DNA from: a virus
Taxonomy: Duplodnaviria > Caudoviricetes
IMG/VR virus record: IMGVR_UViG_2890351070_000001
Span: 1-64,000 of that record
DNA: 64,000 bases
Direction: 5' to 3' (one strand)
In this document: positions 1-10,119 of the stretch, in pieces
Position numbering within the stretch: position 1 is the stretch's first letter
Layout of the letters: every line of letters begins with the position of its first letter
The notes under the pieces: generated by a model
Database searches by the model: none
What the model was told of the DNA's origin: nothing
What the model saw: the letters and a program-made list of their open reading frames with translations, nothing else
Made by a program: the position numbers and the translations under genes

Positions 1-3000
1 TTACGGGGTTTTCTGTGGCTGCCCGATCAAAATAATCCGTTCTGAGGCAGTTAATAAGCCTAGTAATAAAGTATTTCTGAACGTGATGTCTTTTGTTGGA
101 GATGCAGGCTTCTCGAGCGGAAGGATAAGGACGGTTGCCGGGGATAGTTGATCTCGGCTTTTGTTAACAGGGAGAGCGTAGGCGAGGTTAACATCATCCA
201 GTTCTCCAAAAGAAAAATCGTGAGTTTTCCCACTAAATTCTATCATAACCCGTCCGTCGTCTAAATAGGATTTTTCATCACCAGTTTTGGGGATTTCATC
301 ACGGGTGATATCTTTGATAAAACCAATATCGCCTGTCATTAAATCTTTTTCGCAATCATTCTGTTGCAAAATGACTTTGTCGCCAATTTTATAGCGCGCC
401 CCAAATTTTTGCAGACTTAAACCATGCTGTTGATCATTTAACAGGTTCTGAAGTTGAAACGTCAAGTTTTGCGGCCCGATCATGCCTTTGGCCATGCTAA
501 TGACCTGAATGTCTTTTATCGGATTGTGTTTAAAGCTTTTGGGTAAGCGGTTTTTGATGACTTCGACCAGTTTACGTTGTGCGTCCTGCTCATTCTCAAC
601 TGTAATAAAATAGAAGCTACCAGGATTTTGTGTGTCAGAACTATAGTCGATGTCCCCACCCGTGCTTAGTTTAAGCGCGTTTTGGGCAAGCTTGTTGCTT
701 TGAAAGCTTGCGGATAGTTGATCAAGAGCGACCTTACTATGGTCGACTGATTTAAGAAGCTTATCGAGTACCCGGCCAGTGCCGGGGAAGAAACTACTTG
801 GAAAAGTTGTGGGTAAATGATTTTTCATCAACACCAGACTTGCACTCTCAGGCAGAGCGTCCAGTACAGAAAGTAAGGTTGAACGGTCCAAGAGATCTGC
901 CTGATCAATAATCAGAAGCTGGCAATCCAGTGGCTTGCGTGCGGTTCGCTTGTAACTTTTACTCTTGGCATTGTATTCAAGTAGTTTGGGTACTGAAACT
1001 GTATCTGTATCCAGTGCAGAATTTGTTGTTTTTAACTGTGTAGAGGATGGAACTGCGACGACAGTGGATATGTTTTTTGCTGTGACGATTTTAGCAAAGG
1101 CTTTTATAACGTCATCTTTACCTGTTCCGTGAATGGCTTCCAGGATGGTGAACTTTCTTTCCAGCAGTTTGGCAACGGCACCTTTTTGTTTTTCGGCGAG
1201 AACAATCTTGTCGCGGTTAATAACCCAATCAATTGCTTTTTGGGTATCTATCGCTCCCCAGGGGACAGTGCCTTCAGACAATGCGTTCAGACGCTTTTTG
1301 ATTTTTGTATCTACCTGCCAATCTTGTTTAAGGATCAAGAATTCTTGTGAGTTCCCAGTTGTATTTGTTGGGGCATCTTTTTCTTTGAAGGTATGTATAT
1401 GTTTGGCTTCAATCTCTTTTGCCAGAGCCTGTTCAAGAATATCAGCAGGGATTTCCAGGCGCTTATGCAGGAGAGCCAGAAGGTTGTTTTTTTCGCGCGC
1501 ATCAGCGGCCTGAGCGAGTGCGTAATACAAGGCTGCGCCAGCTCGTTCTATAGAGTGTGCTTCCAATCCAAGTCGGTGCGCAATACTATCGGGTACATCA
1601 AAGGGAATAGACTTTACATCGCGAACGATACAATAGGGATTGCCTTTTAATTTCGCGATAGTGTCTTGTCCAAAACAAGTAAAAAGTCGATAGGCTCTAG
1701 CAGGATCAACACCGTGGTTATGCAAGAAGATCGCAATTTGCGAGAGTGTTTTTCTTTCTTCCGACCATTCTTGCAGAAGGTTAACTTTCCCCTTTGGCAG
1801 GGATGTTTCTGTCGCAAGCTTTTCCGGTGCTTCAATGATTACTTTCAGCGCATCGGGACCAAAGCTTTCAACGAGTTGTTTGGCTGCCTTCGCACCAAGC
1901 CCCTTGATCATGCCGTCAGAGAGTTGCTTTTCTAGGTTTGCAAGGAGTTTCTCAGGACTTGGCCCTTTGCCGCCGAGATGTTCGTCCAAAAATTCACGAC
2001 AAACATTAAAGTCAGATGTATAGCCCTTGGGAAGCTTTAGCCCCTTATTTTGGGCAACGGACTTTGCCGTTTCCTTCATTTTATCCGTAGGCTTGCCTTT
2101 ACCCACATTTTTTGGCATTGCCACGCCCGTGTTAATCTTGGGCGCGGTTGCGGCATTGGTTTTGAGAATGCTGATAAGGCGTTCTGTATCATTGCCGATA
2201 TCGTCCCAAACCTGTCGAGCCGTCTGTTTTCCTTCTAGAACGTCATCCAGGTTCATTTCCCACATGGCGGTAACACCGGGATCAACCAGTTCCGGGGCTG
2301 CCGTTTTCAAGGTTTTGAACAAGGTCAGACCTGCGTCGGTTGGAACGATGTGTTTTCCGCTTTGGGCAAGGAAGTTTTGTAGTTTCAGACCTGTAATCAC
2401 GGCGGCACGTGTGGCCGGGGTGCCGATACCCTTGGCTTCTTTTAGACGTTCCTTCAGATCCTTGTTTTCAACAAAACGCCAGGCATTTTGCATCGCGTCG
2501 ATCAAGGTTCCCTCGTTGTAGCGTGGGGGCGCTTTGGTTTTCTTGGTATCCGTTGTCACGGGGGACAGAACGGCAATGTCGCCGTCTTGAATAGGGGGAA
2601 GTTCGCCTGCATGATCTTCCTTCTTTTCCATGACATCTGTATAGACGGCTTTCCAACCCTGTTCTTTGGGGATATTACCCGTCACCTTGAAGTCCAGCAG
2701 TGTTTCTTTTTCATTTCCTGTCTCTTCATCAGGCAGGGTTACCGGGACCTCCATAGATACACTGGTCGATTCATAGACGTAATCAGGCATCAGGATCGCG
2801 AGATAAGAACTTGCAACCAGATCGAACATGCGTTGTTCATCTTGGGTCAGGCGTGCATAGATGACTTCTACGCGATCCATGGTGTTTTTATTGGGGACAA
2901 TCGCGTGGTGCGATACACCCTTCAAACCTGCATCAGAAAAGTGGCCGGATTTTCCTTTGCGCACTTCGGGAGATGACAGGTCAATCCCCTGATATTGCGG

Positions 3001-4017
3001 AAGCTTGGTCAGTCCCTGAATGATTTCGCCGATGTCTTCTATCTGGTTTTCTGCCAGATAACGGGATTCAGCACGGGGGTAGGTCTGAATTTTTTTACCT
3101 TCCCCATCGTAGAGTTCTTGAGCAATATTAAGCGTCTTGTCGGCGCTCCATCCCCAGCGGCGGGCGCATATTTTTTGTAATTCTGGCAGATCAAGAAGGC
3201 GCGGCGGCTTTGTTTTCTTGATCTTCTTTTCTGTTTTGAGCGGACCTTCAAAGCCTTCGACAGCTGCGCGGAGCTTTTCAGCCTTTTCCGGGTTCAGAAT
3301 ACGGTCTTTGGGGGCGTGACGAAGGTCCAGTTCGCCACTTTCAGCCTTTGCCGTCGCGACAAGATGGTAATAATCCTGCGGCGTAAAATCCAGAATTTCC
3401 AATTCGCGCATACAGACGATTGCCATGGTCGGCGTTTTTACACGACCAATACCGATTGCGCCGTATTGTCCGGGTTGTTTGAGGGCAACGGTAGCGGCAC
3501 GGGTTAGAGACAGGTTATAAACCTGATCCGCTTGCTGACGTACAACTGCTGCTTGGCCCAGATTATGATATTTATCATTGGGTTCCAGATTATCAAAAGC
3601 CTGTCGCAGGGTCTTTTCGTCCTGCGCGGTGAACATGGCGCGCTGAACCTGACCTGCAAATTTATAGTGCCGTAAAATCTCTTCACCAATAAGCTGTCCT
3701 TCGCGGTCGCAGTCGGTTGCGATGATGACGCGTTCGGCTGTCTTAAGAGCTTTGGCAATGGCTTCCAGTTTATTTTTCGCTGAAGGCGAGGCATCTGGCG
3801 CCGGGCAAGTTGGATAGAAATCATCAGGCTTGAGCAAGTCAAATGACCAACGCCCCCAGCTGCTCTGGATTTGTTGAGGTTCCTGCAGGCTTAACAAGTG
3901 TCCTTCTGCGGGAAGGATTTGCCCGTATTTACTGCCGATTGCCGCTTGAACATCGCGCTTTTGCGAGGTTTTTTCCGTAATAATAATGGTGGACAATCTG
4001 AAACCCTTTACCGTCAC
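1..4017 (-). CDS. topB: DNA topoisomerase III (type IA) fused to C-terminal degenerate RecD2-like helicase domain
   Basis: TOPRIM motifs (ITEK, ATDCDREG), GRVKTPT, catalytic TYPR, GIGTPATRA. C-half has HhH GMIKGLGAKAA, an altered Walker A (AIHGTGKD) and LAYA. AGGAG RBS before GTG at 4017; stop at 1-3. Confidence 0.85.
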   Translation of the reverse strand: MTVKGFRLSTIIITEKTSQKRDVQAAIGSKYGQILPAEGHLLSLQEPQQIQSSWGRWSFDLLKPDDFYPTCPAPDASPSAKNKLEAIAKALKTAERVIIATDCDREGQLIGEEILRHYKFAGQVQRAMFTAQDEKTLRQAFDNLEPNDKYHNLGQAAVVRQQADQVYNLSLTRAATVALKQPGQYGAIGIGRVKTPTMAIVCMRELEILDFTPQDYYHLVATAKAESGELDLRHAPKDRILNPEKAEKLRAAVEGFEGPLKTEKKIKKTKPPRLLDLPELQKICARRWGWSADKTLNIAQELYDGEGKKIQTYPRAESRYLAENQIEDIGEIIQGLTKLPQYQGIDLSSPEVRKGKSGHFSDAGLKGVSHHAIVPNKNTMDRVEVIYARLTQDEQRMFDLVASSYLAILMPDYVYESTSVSMEVPVTLPDEETGNEKETLLDFKVTGNIPKEQGWKAVYTDVMEKKEDHAGELPPIQDGDIAVLSPVTTDTKKTKAPPRYNEGTLIDAMQNAWRFVENKDLKERLKEAKGIGTPATRAAVITGLKLQNFLAQSGKHIVPTDAGLTLFKTLKTAAPELVDPGVTAMWEMNLDDVLEGKQTARQVWDDIGNDTERLISILKTNAATAPKINTGVAMPKNVGKGKPTDKMKETAKSVAQNKGLKLPKGYTSDFNVCREFLDEHLGGKGPSPEKLLANLEKQLSDGMIKGLGAKAAKQLVESFGPDALKVIIEAPEKLATETSLPKGKVNLLQEWSEERKTLSQIAIFLHNHGVDPARAYRLFTCFGQDTIAKLKGNPYCIVRDVKSIPFDVPDSIAHRLGLEAHSIERAGAALYYALAQAADAREKNNLLALLHKRLEIPADILEQALAKEIEAKHIHTFKEKDAPTNTTGNSQEFLILKQDWQVDTKIKKRLNALSEGTVPWGAIDTQKAIDWVINRDKIVLAEKQKGAVAKLLERKFTILEAIHGTGKDDVIKAFAKIVTAKNISTVVAVPSSTQLKTTNSALDTDTVSVPKLLEYNAKSKSYKRTARKPLDCQLLIIDQADLLDRSTLLSVLDALPESASLVLMKNHLPTTFPSSFFPGTGRVLDKLLKSVDHSKVALDQLSASFQSNKLAQNALKLSTGGDIDYSSDTQNPGSFYFITVENEQDAQRKLVEVIKNRLPKSFKHNPIKDIQVISMAKGMIGPQNLTFQLQNLLNDQQHGLSLQKFGARYKIGDKVILQQNDCEKDLMTGDIGFIKDITRDEIPKTGDEKSYLDDGRVMIEFSGKTHDFSFGELDDVNLAYALPVNKSRDQLSPATVLILPLEKPASPTKDITFRNTLLLGLLTASERIILIGQPQKTP

Positions 4018-4259
4018 TCAATTCTCCTATGCTTTTACCGTAAAGAAGGGCGTGGGATAAAGCCTCTCTTTTGAAAAAGTTTGTATGGTGGGGACTTAAT
4101 CGGGTTTTTCCTTTATATGGATTTCCTCTCAACGTTTCAGATGAATTGTTCTGCTTGCCTGTCAGCTATAAAATAGGGGCGGGGAAGTGGGCGTGATTTC
4201 TACGTTGAATATGCACATATCATTTCCTCATTTCTGTTTTATATCTGGCGGGAGGAATA

Positions 4260-4709
4260 ATGAGTGATCCGGATCTAAAGCAGCAGCTGACCGAACGACA
4301 AAAGCGATTTGTCGAAGAATATCTGATTGATTTTAACGCCACGCAAGCTGCAATTCGGGCAGGATATAGCCCAAATTCAGTCAAGCAAAGCGCCAGCCGG
4401 ACGCTGAAAAATCCTTTGGTGCAAGATGCCATTGAACATGCGAAATCTGTGCGTTCCCAACGTTTGCAGGTAGATGCTGATTACGTTCTTAAGGGGGCCG
4501 TGGAGTTGTTTGAGCGATGTATGCAACGCAGCCCGGTTGCGGATGGGGATGGTGAATACAAGTTTCAGCATACGGGGGCGGGAAAGGCATTAGAGATTAT
4601 CGGGCGTCATGTATCGGTTCAGGCCTTTAAGGAAAAGGTTGAAATGTCGATTGAAAATGAACTGGTTGATCGCCTGATGCGCGGTCGTAAGAGGTTGAAT
4701 GATAAATAA
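4260..4709 (+). CDS. terS: Terminase small subunit
   Basis: LTERQKRFVEEYLIDFNATQAAIRAGYS is the Terminase_2 N-terminus. Confidence 0.92.
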   Translation: MSDPDLKQQLTERQKRFVEEYLIDFNATQAAIRAGYSPNSVKQSASRTLKNPLVQDAIEHAKSVRSQRLQVDADYVLKGAVELFERCMQRSPVADGDGEYKFQHTGAGKALEIIGRHVSVQAFKEKVEMSIENELVDRLMRGRKRLNDK

Positions 4710-4771
4710 CTTTACATAAGTCACTTTATCTTCTCGTCACTATTCTTTCCATTTGATTTTAGAGGTATCTG

Positions 4772-6235
4772 ATGACCCATGGGGTTGATTTGGATCTTGC
4801 CGAGGATTGCGCGCAGTTCTATGCAAATCCGCTTGGCTTTGTTCTGTGGGCCTTTGATTGGGGACAGGGCGAATTGGCCGACTTTAAAGGCCCGCGCGAC
4901 TGGCAACTTGCCTATCTGGAAGATCTGGGCGGGCAAATCAGAGAACGCGGATTTGATGGTCTTCACCCGGTTGCCCCCATGGATATGGCAACAGCTTCCG
5001 GGCACGGTATTGGTAAATCAGCCATGTCTGCGTGGCTTATTCTCTTTATTATGTCAACGCGGCCCTTTGCCAAAGGGGTGGTAACATCGAATACCAGTGA
5101 TCAGCTGCGTACCAAAACCTGGGCCGAGCTGGGGAAGTGGCACAAACGCTGTCTGACCGGACACTGGTTTAGCTATAGCGCAAGCAAGGGCAACATGGCG
5201 CTGGTCCATAAACGTCACCCCGAAAGCTGGCGCTGTGATGCGCAGACCTGTCGCGAGGAAAATTCTGAAAGCTTTGCTGGTCTTCATGCTGCAAATTCGA
5301 CCCCCTTTTATCTGTTTGATGAAGCATCAGCCGTACCGGATAAAATCTGGGAAGTTTCGGATGGCGGCCTGACCGATGGCGAGCCCATGCGCTTTGTCTT
5401 TGGCAATCCGACCAGAAACTCGGGGCGTTTTTTTGAGTGCTTTAATCGGTTACGCCACCGCTGGAAAACCAGACAGATTGACAGTCGAACGGTGGATGGA
5501 ACAAACCAAAACCTGATGCAACAATGGGTTGAGGACTATGGCGAAGACAGTGACTTTGTCCGCGTGCGTGTCCGTGGTGTTTTCCCAAGGGCTGGATCAA
5601 CGCAGTTTATCAGTGGTGCGGTTGTAGAAGCGGCCCGAAACCGTCAGCTTTCAGCACAGCCACAAGATCCCCTTGTCATTGGTGTGGACGTTGCCCGTTT
5701 TGGTGATGATCAATCGGTGATTTTGATACGACAGGGTCGTAAGGTGCTAGAGATCAAAAAATACCGGGTGGATACCATGGCATTGGTAGGGTATGTGGTT
5801 GAGGTCATACGCCAATACCGTCCAGATGGTGTGCTGGTTGATGGTGTCGGTGTTGGTGGTGGCGTTGTCGATCGCCTGAAGCAATTGGGCCACGACTGTA
5901 TCGATGTGAATGCCGGTGCCAGAGCGCAGGACCTGAAGACCTACATGAACAAGCGCGCAGAGATGTGGGGCAAGATGCGCGATTGGCTCAAGGGCGGTGA
6001 TATCCCAAGTGATGATCAGGAGCTACAAACAGACCTCACAGCCATTGAATACGGCTTTGATGCCAAGAACAGGCTACAGCTTGAGCGCAAGGAAGATATG
6101 AAGAAGCGAGGGCTACATTCGCCTGATGTGGCGGATGCATTGGCGCTGACCTTTGCCGAAGATATTATGAAGTGGTCAGAGTATATTGATGGCGATATGG
6201 AAGTGGCCATCTCGAATTATGAGCCGGGGGGGTGA
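4772..6235 (+). CDS. terL: Terminase large subunit
   Basis: Walker A SGHGIGKS, Walker B LFDEAS, GNPTR, nuclease GVDVARFGDD and SPDVADAL. Confidence 0.95.
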   Translation: MTHGVDLDLAEDCAQFYANPLGFVLWAFDWGQGELADFKGPRDWQLAYLEDLGGQIRERGFDGLHPVAPMDMATASGHGIGKSAMSAWLILFIMSTRPFAKGVVTSNTSDQLRTKTWAELGKWHKRCLTGHWFSYSASKGNMALVHKRHPESWRCDAQTCREENSESFAGLHAANSTPFYLFDEASAVPDKIWEVSDGGLTDGEPMRFVFGNPTRNSGRFFECFNRLRHRWKTRQIDSRTVDGTNQNLMQQWVEDYGEDSDFVRVRVRGVFPRAGSTQFISGAVVEAARNRQLSAQPQDPLVIGVDVARFGDDQSVILIRQGRKVLEIKKYRVDTMALVGYVVEVIRQYRPDGVLVDGVGVGGGVVDRLKQLGHDCIDVNAGARAQDLKTYMNKRAEMWGKMRDWLKGGDIPSDDQELQTDLTAIEYGFDAKNRLQLERKEDMKKRGLHSPDVADALALTFAEDIMKWSEYIDGDMEVAISNYEPGG

Positions 6236-6256
6236 AATATTTTTCTCGGGTATTTC

Positions 6257-6646
6257 CTAATCGAACGCCTCAACCTGTTGTTGTGTGACGGTGTTGGGCT
6301 GTTTTTTGAGTTTAAAGTAGAGCCAGAAGCAGTCGAAGAGGAGAAACAGCGGGGTTATCCATATGAAAATTACAGTGCCTATAAATAATAATTTTAACGC
6401 TTGTGTATGCCTCGAACTTACTACCGTCTCCATCATGCCAATAGGGTTAGTAAAAATTTGTACGCTAACGATGTATAGTTGTTCTGAAGGAACATAAACT
6501 ATTAGTTCAGCTATAAAGTAGATGAATAAGCCACCAACCACACTCATAGCCAATGCACTTTTCTTGTATCCCAAATACCACCGATGCCCACCGAAGACAC
6601 CAGTGAACAGCCAGAGTAAGTAAGCTATGGGGAGGGACTTATTCAT
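6257..6646 (-). CDS. TM2/NINE-domain membrane protein
   Basis: KS..IAYLLWLFTGVFGGHRWYLG motif; paralog at 51667-52056. Confidence 0.85.
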   Translation of the reverse strand: MNKSLPIAYLLWLFTGVFGGHRWYLGYKKSALAMSVVGGLFIYFIAELIVYVPSEQLYIVSVQIFTNPIGMMETVVSSRHTQALKLLFIGTVIFIWITPLFLLFDCFWLYFKLKKQPNTVTQQQVEAFD

Positions 6647-7313
6647 GGGGAGCGGATGCTTTTTTTATCAGTTCAGAACGGATATCAGCAAGCTGGTCAA
6701 CTTGGAGGATTTCTCGGATGTTCTTTCGAATCAAGACAAAAGGATTTTCGTCCTCATTCTCCGAAACCATGCCTTTAAAAGAGTCATGCACTTTTGCGGT
6801 TACTTCTTGATAAATATCTCTGTCTTTCTCGTTTCTTCGAAGATTTTTTGCTAGGCCAGCGTTGGCTCCTAGTTCTCTTATTTCCTTTTCAAAAGGCTTT
6901 AACTTACTGGTAATGCTAGTTGAAATCCATGGCGTAAATTCTAGTCGAAGCCTGGATAGGGCATTTGCTTTTTCAAGTATATGTTCTGTTGGGCCATGTC
7001 TCCAGATATCATGTTCAATCTTATTAACTAAAATTAGATATTTTTCTCTAAACTCGACGTGTTTATCAAAGATTGTGTTAGCCATATGTGATGTTGCACC
7101 TATGGAAAATATCTGATCATTCTTTTGTAGTTGAAGTTGGTCGAGCCGACGCATGTCATCTCGAAATAATTTTAATAACCCTGCAAGAAGAAAGCCGAAA
7201 AATGAAAATGTTTGTATTGGTAAGTTATAGCCATCAAGAATAAAAAAATGAAAGAATAGGTTGGTGCCAATAAATATGACAATTAACCCCCACCAGAAGC
7301 GATCCAGTCCCAT
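6639..7313 (-). CDS. Hypothetical membrane-anchored protein (accessory cargo)
   Basis: 224 aa ORF, two N-terminal hydrophobic segments, AT-rich. Confidence 0.65.
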   Translation of the reverse strand: MGLDRFWWGLIVIFIGTNLFFHFFILDGYNLPIQTFSFFGFLLAGLLKLFRDDMRRLDQLQLQKNDQIFSIGATSHMANTIFDKHVEFREKYLILVNKIEHDIWRHGPTEHILEKANALSRLRLEFTPWISTSITSKLKPFEKEIRELGANAGLAKNLRRNEKDRDIYQEVTAKVHDSFKGMVSENEDENPFVLIRKNIREILQVDQLADIRSELIKKASAPHE

Positions 7314-7567
7314 AAAGTTTTTCCTATAAGTGGTATGAAAAATTCAATCTGTTAAAACAAAGAAGGAAGAGGGCGAGGGTTAGTCTTCTTGATTTAGCGC
7401 AATTATGTCAATTATTTTATCGTGTTCAATCTATGGTTATGGTCTTGCGCGGCTTTTTAATGTGGCTGTTCGCTATCTATAGAGATTTCATGATGAAGTG
7501 AATGATTGCTTTGTGACACATATAATTTCCCTGTTTGGTGATCTTTGTTCGAAACAGGAGTTATTTT

Positions 7568-7990
7568 ATGTCGACACTTAAAATGTTAATCGTTGCTTTG
7601 TTTGGGGTTTTCTTATCAACAGCTGTTTTGGCAGGTAATGGTAAAGCGGTATCATCCCATTGGATGGCAACAGGGGAATCTGCGACCAGCTTATGGGTGA
7701 GTAATATTACTGAACATGATTTGAAGGTAAATATTGTTTTCTATGATGAGCATGGAACTGCGTTAAGCCCTGATTTGTATTACAATTTTCAAAACTCCAA
7801 TACCGAGATTGCTGCTGGTGATACAGGTTATGTAACCATTCACAATGATTCCTATGGTTATGCTGTGATTACCTGGGAAAATAAAGGTGTTGATGATGAT
7901 CCTTTTGGTTTGGTTGCGCATTCTCACCGTGGTGGTGGATCTGTTCCTTGGCGTGCGTCTATTCTAATTAATAATGGTCAGCCGTTTTGA
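7568..7990 (+). CDS. Secreted hypothetical protein
   Basis: AGGAG RBS, signal peptide ending AVLA, followed by terminator hairpin. Confidence 0.7.
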   Translation: MSTLKMLIVALFGVFLSTAVLAGNGKAVSSHWMATGESATSLWVSNITEHDLKVNIVFYDEHGTALSPDLYYNFQNSNTEIAAGDTGYVTIHNDSYGYAVITWENKGVDDDPFGLVAHSHRGGGSVPWRASILINNGQPF

Positions 7991-8025
7991 TTTTCACTGC
8001 TGGATTAAACGAAATTTTTGAGCAG

Positions 8026-8055
8026 AATTAAGGCCCTTTGGGGCCTTAATTTTAT
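8026..8055 (+). terminator. Intrinsic terminator
   Basis: aattaaggccc/gggccttaatt inverted repeat plus T-tract. Confidence 0.7.
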
Positions 8056-8190
8056 TGTTTCAGATAAAGATTACTTTGTATAAAAGCAACAGCGAGTTAA
8101 AGCGCTTTGCTTGGTTTGTGTTTTATATGAACCTTTTGGATAATATCGCCGACTAACTGTATAAATCTTTAGTTATTGTTGGAGGATAAA

Positions 8191-8373
8191 ATGGGGTTCG
8201 TGCTTTTTCTTGTTGGTCTTGTGGGGATCGCGTTTGGGATGTGGGGGATGTATACGGATGCTGGCCGGGTCCGGTTTGATGAAATGGATGGCCTTTACCC
8301 GATGTTCAGTGCTTTAGCTGGCGGGGTTTTGATTATTATTTCTATTATTGTGATTTATTACCGTAGCCGTTGA
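8191..8373 (+). CDS. Small two-TM membrane protein
   Basis: GGAGG RBS, two hydrophobic helices. Confidence 0.65.
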   Translation: MGFVLFLVGLVGIAFGMWGMYTDAGRVRFDEMDGLYPMFSALAGGVLIIISIIVIYYRSR

Positions 8374-8418
8374 ACGCATCCAGATAAAATTGATCAGGTA
8401 AAACTGATCAAAATCGCT

Positions 8419-8685
8419 TTAAAACTTATCAAACCCTCGGGCGAGAAAAAACAAGCAGGGCAGTGCGGCGTATACAGTGATAAGCAAAAGCCAGAATTGG
8501 GTGAGTTGGTAGTACAAACCAGGCTGGTTGATAAAGAGGAAATAGCAAATTCCACCAGCATATAAAACGGTTATGATTATGCTCAATGTCGGGGATATGC
8601 GTTCACTGACCCATACCGACATGCACAGGTGCGGGAAGAGGAGAAGTAAAAAGAGGTCTAACAGCCTTTGTTTGAAAATCATCAA
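8419..8685 (-). CDS. Small membrane protein
   Basis: 88 aa, about three hydrophobic segments. Confidence 0.5.
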   Translation of the reverse strand: MMIFKQRLLDLFLLLLFPHLCMSVWVSERISPTLSIIITVLYAGGICYFLFINQPGLYYQLTQFWLLLITVYAALPCLFFLARGFDKF

Positions 8686-9126
8686 GCTGCCCCGGAAATT
8701 TGTAAGCTTTTAATCTGCATTAACACTTCATTTGATTAGTCGTATTTATAGTCGTCAAATCTAACGATTTCTCATCGCTGTTTCATTGTTCGTGTAGTTC
8801 TATCTTCACTTCTCTCTTTAAGTCTTGAGCAAAAGCTAACTTTAATGTGCTGATGAATAGTGATTGGGCGCATATCTCAAGTCAATATACGATGATGTGA
8901 TCATTGTTTTAAAAAATGATTGAAAAATAACCTAATATGATTAGGATTGTTGTGACTGATTGATTGTACCGAACGCCGCAAACCTTGCTGAGGGGCGCGG
9001 CGTTTTGGTATCTGGCCTCAAAAATTTTCAGCAGATGTTTGGAATTAAATCTCGCTGATCCCAGAATAAGTATTCAAATTACCTTGGGTGATCAAAAAAT
9101 AGTTCATTTTGCGAATGAATGCTTAG

Positions 9127-9300
9127 CTAATCGTAATGACTACTACGCATACTTCCCAACGCATAGCCTATAGTTGAGAAAACCAAGAGTAGAATTATCG
9201 TTGCTAGACCAAAAGTACCACCGATGAAAGTAATACTAAACCAGCTTAATACCAGAGCAACTATAGTGCCGATGAGTGCGCCGAGGAAACTATTTTTCAT
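9127..9300 (-). CDS. Small membrane protein (57 aa, not in ORF track)
   Basis: Hand translation MKNSFLGALIGTIVALVLSWFSITFIGGTFGLATIILLLVFSTIGYALGSMRSSHYD*. Confidence 0.5.
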   Translation of the reverse strand: MKNSFLGALIGTIVALVLSWFSITFIGGTFGLATIILLLVFSTIGYALGSMRSSHYD

Positions 9301-9461
9301 TGGAATTTACCGTAGTGATGTATCCTTATGGTTGTGTTGATTTTGACGATGTTTGTGCCTGTCGTCAATGTTTTGTTGTGAGAAATTTATGACTTGTAAC
9401 GAAGTATGCGTACTAATCTTATCATGCTTATGCTTTGAAATGATCAGTCGCGCTCAATAGC

Positions 9462-10037
9462 TCAGAGAATGTCACGGTATTCGTCGTACAGCCCAAGAGG
9501 TTTAAACATGCACTGTAATGGATCATATTCGGATGCTGGTCGGAAGTTGGTGCTTTTCGTTTGCAGAGCTTTTTGATCTTCTGTTTGTAACGGAATTCCT
9601 TGTGCCATCTTATTGAAAGCTTTGCGATGGGCTGTTGTCATCAGATTATCCCATGTATCTTTGCTAGTACAGGCACACATTTCTGATTGTTCAGCTGGTT
9701 TTAAATTTATAAGCCTGTCGACTGCTTTTTTCATGAAGTCTTTTTGTTTTCTGGTGATCTGAGGATGATCAATGAATTGATTGAATTCCTGGATAATACT
9801 ATCTTTTGTTAAGTTGGTATCAGCCTGTTTCATACATGTCATATAGCCGATAGACATGCCGGGTTGATCAAATAAACTATTGACTTGTTCGAGCTCTTTT
9901 AGAATTTCTGGCGGGTATTTTGTAAATTCGCCATTTCTCATTTGACGTTCAAGTTCTTTGGCATCAATTGATTGAGCGTAAGATATATTACTTATTATCA
10001 AGCTTAGGGCGAAAAATATCGGGGCAAGAAATTGCAT
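9462..10037 (-). CDS. Secreted Cys-containing protein, paralog of 10120-10782
   Basis: Signal peptide ending SYA; motifs shared with its neighbour. Confidence 0.7.
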   Translation of the reverse strand: MQFLAPIFFALSLIISNISYAQSIDAKELERQMRNGEFTKYPPEILKELEQVNSLFDQPGMSIGYMTCMKQADTNLTKDSIIQEFNQFIDHPQITRKQKDFMKKAVDRLINLKPAEQSEMCACTSKDTWDNLMTTAHRKAFNKMAQGIPLQTEDQKALQTKSTNFRPASEYDPLQCMFKPLGLYDEYRDIL

Positions 10038-10119
10038 GAGTTAATCCTGTCAGGTCAAATATTGTACTTTGGTCATGAAGAAGTTATTTGTATTTGCAAA
10101 AAATCTGGAGGTGTTGGGA

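Noticed and set aside
4020-4259. attL or tRNA 3' duplicate that would make elements 1 and 2 a single or tandem integrated unit
   Set aside because: No copy of the tRNA-Ser 3' end or the arm repeat was seen here; attR of prophage 2 must lie outside the window
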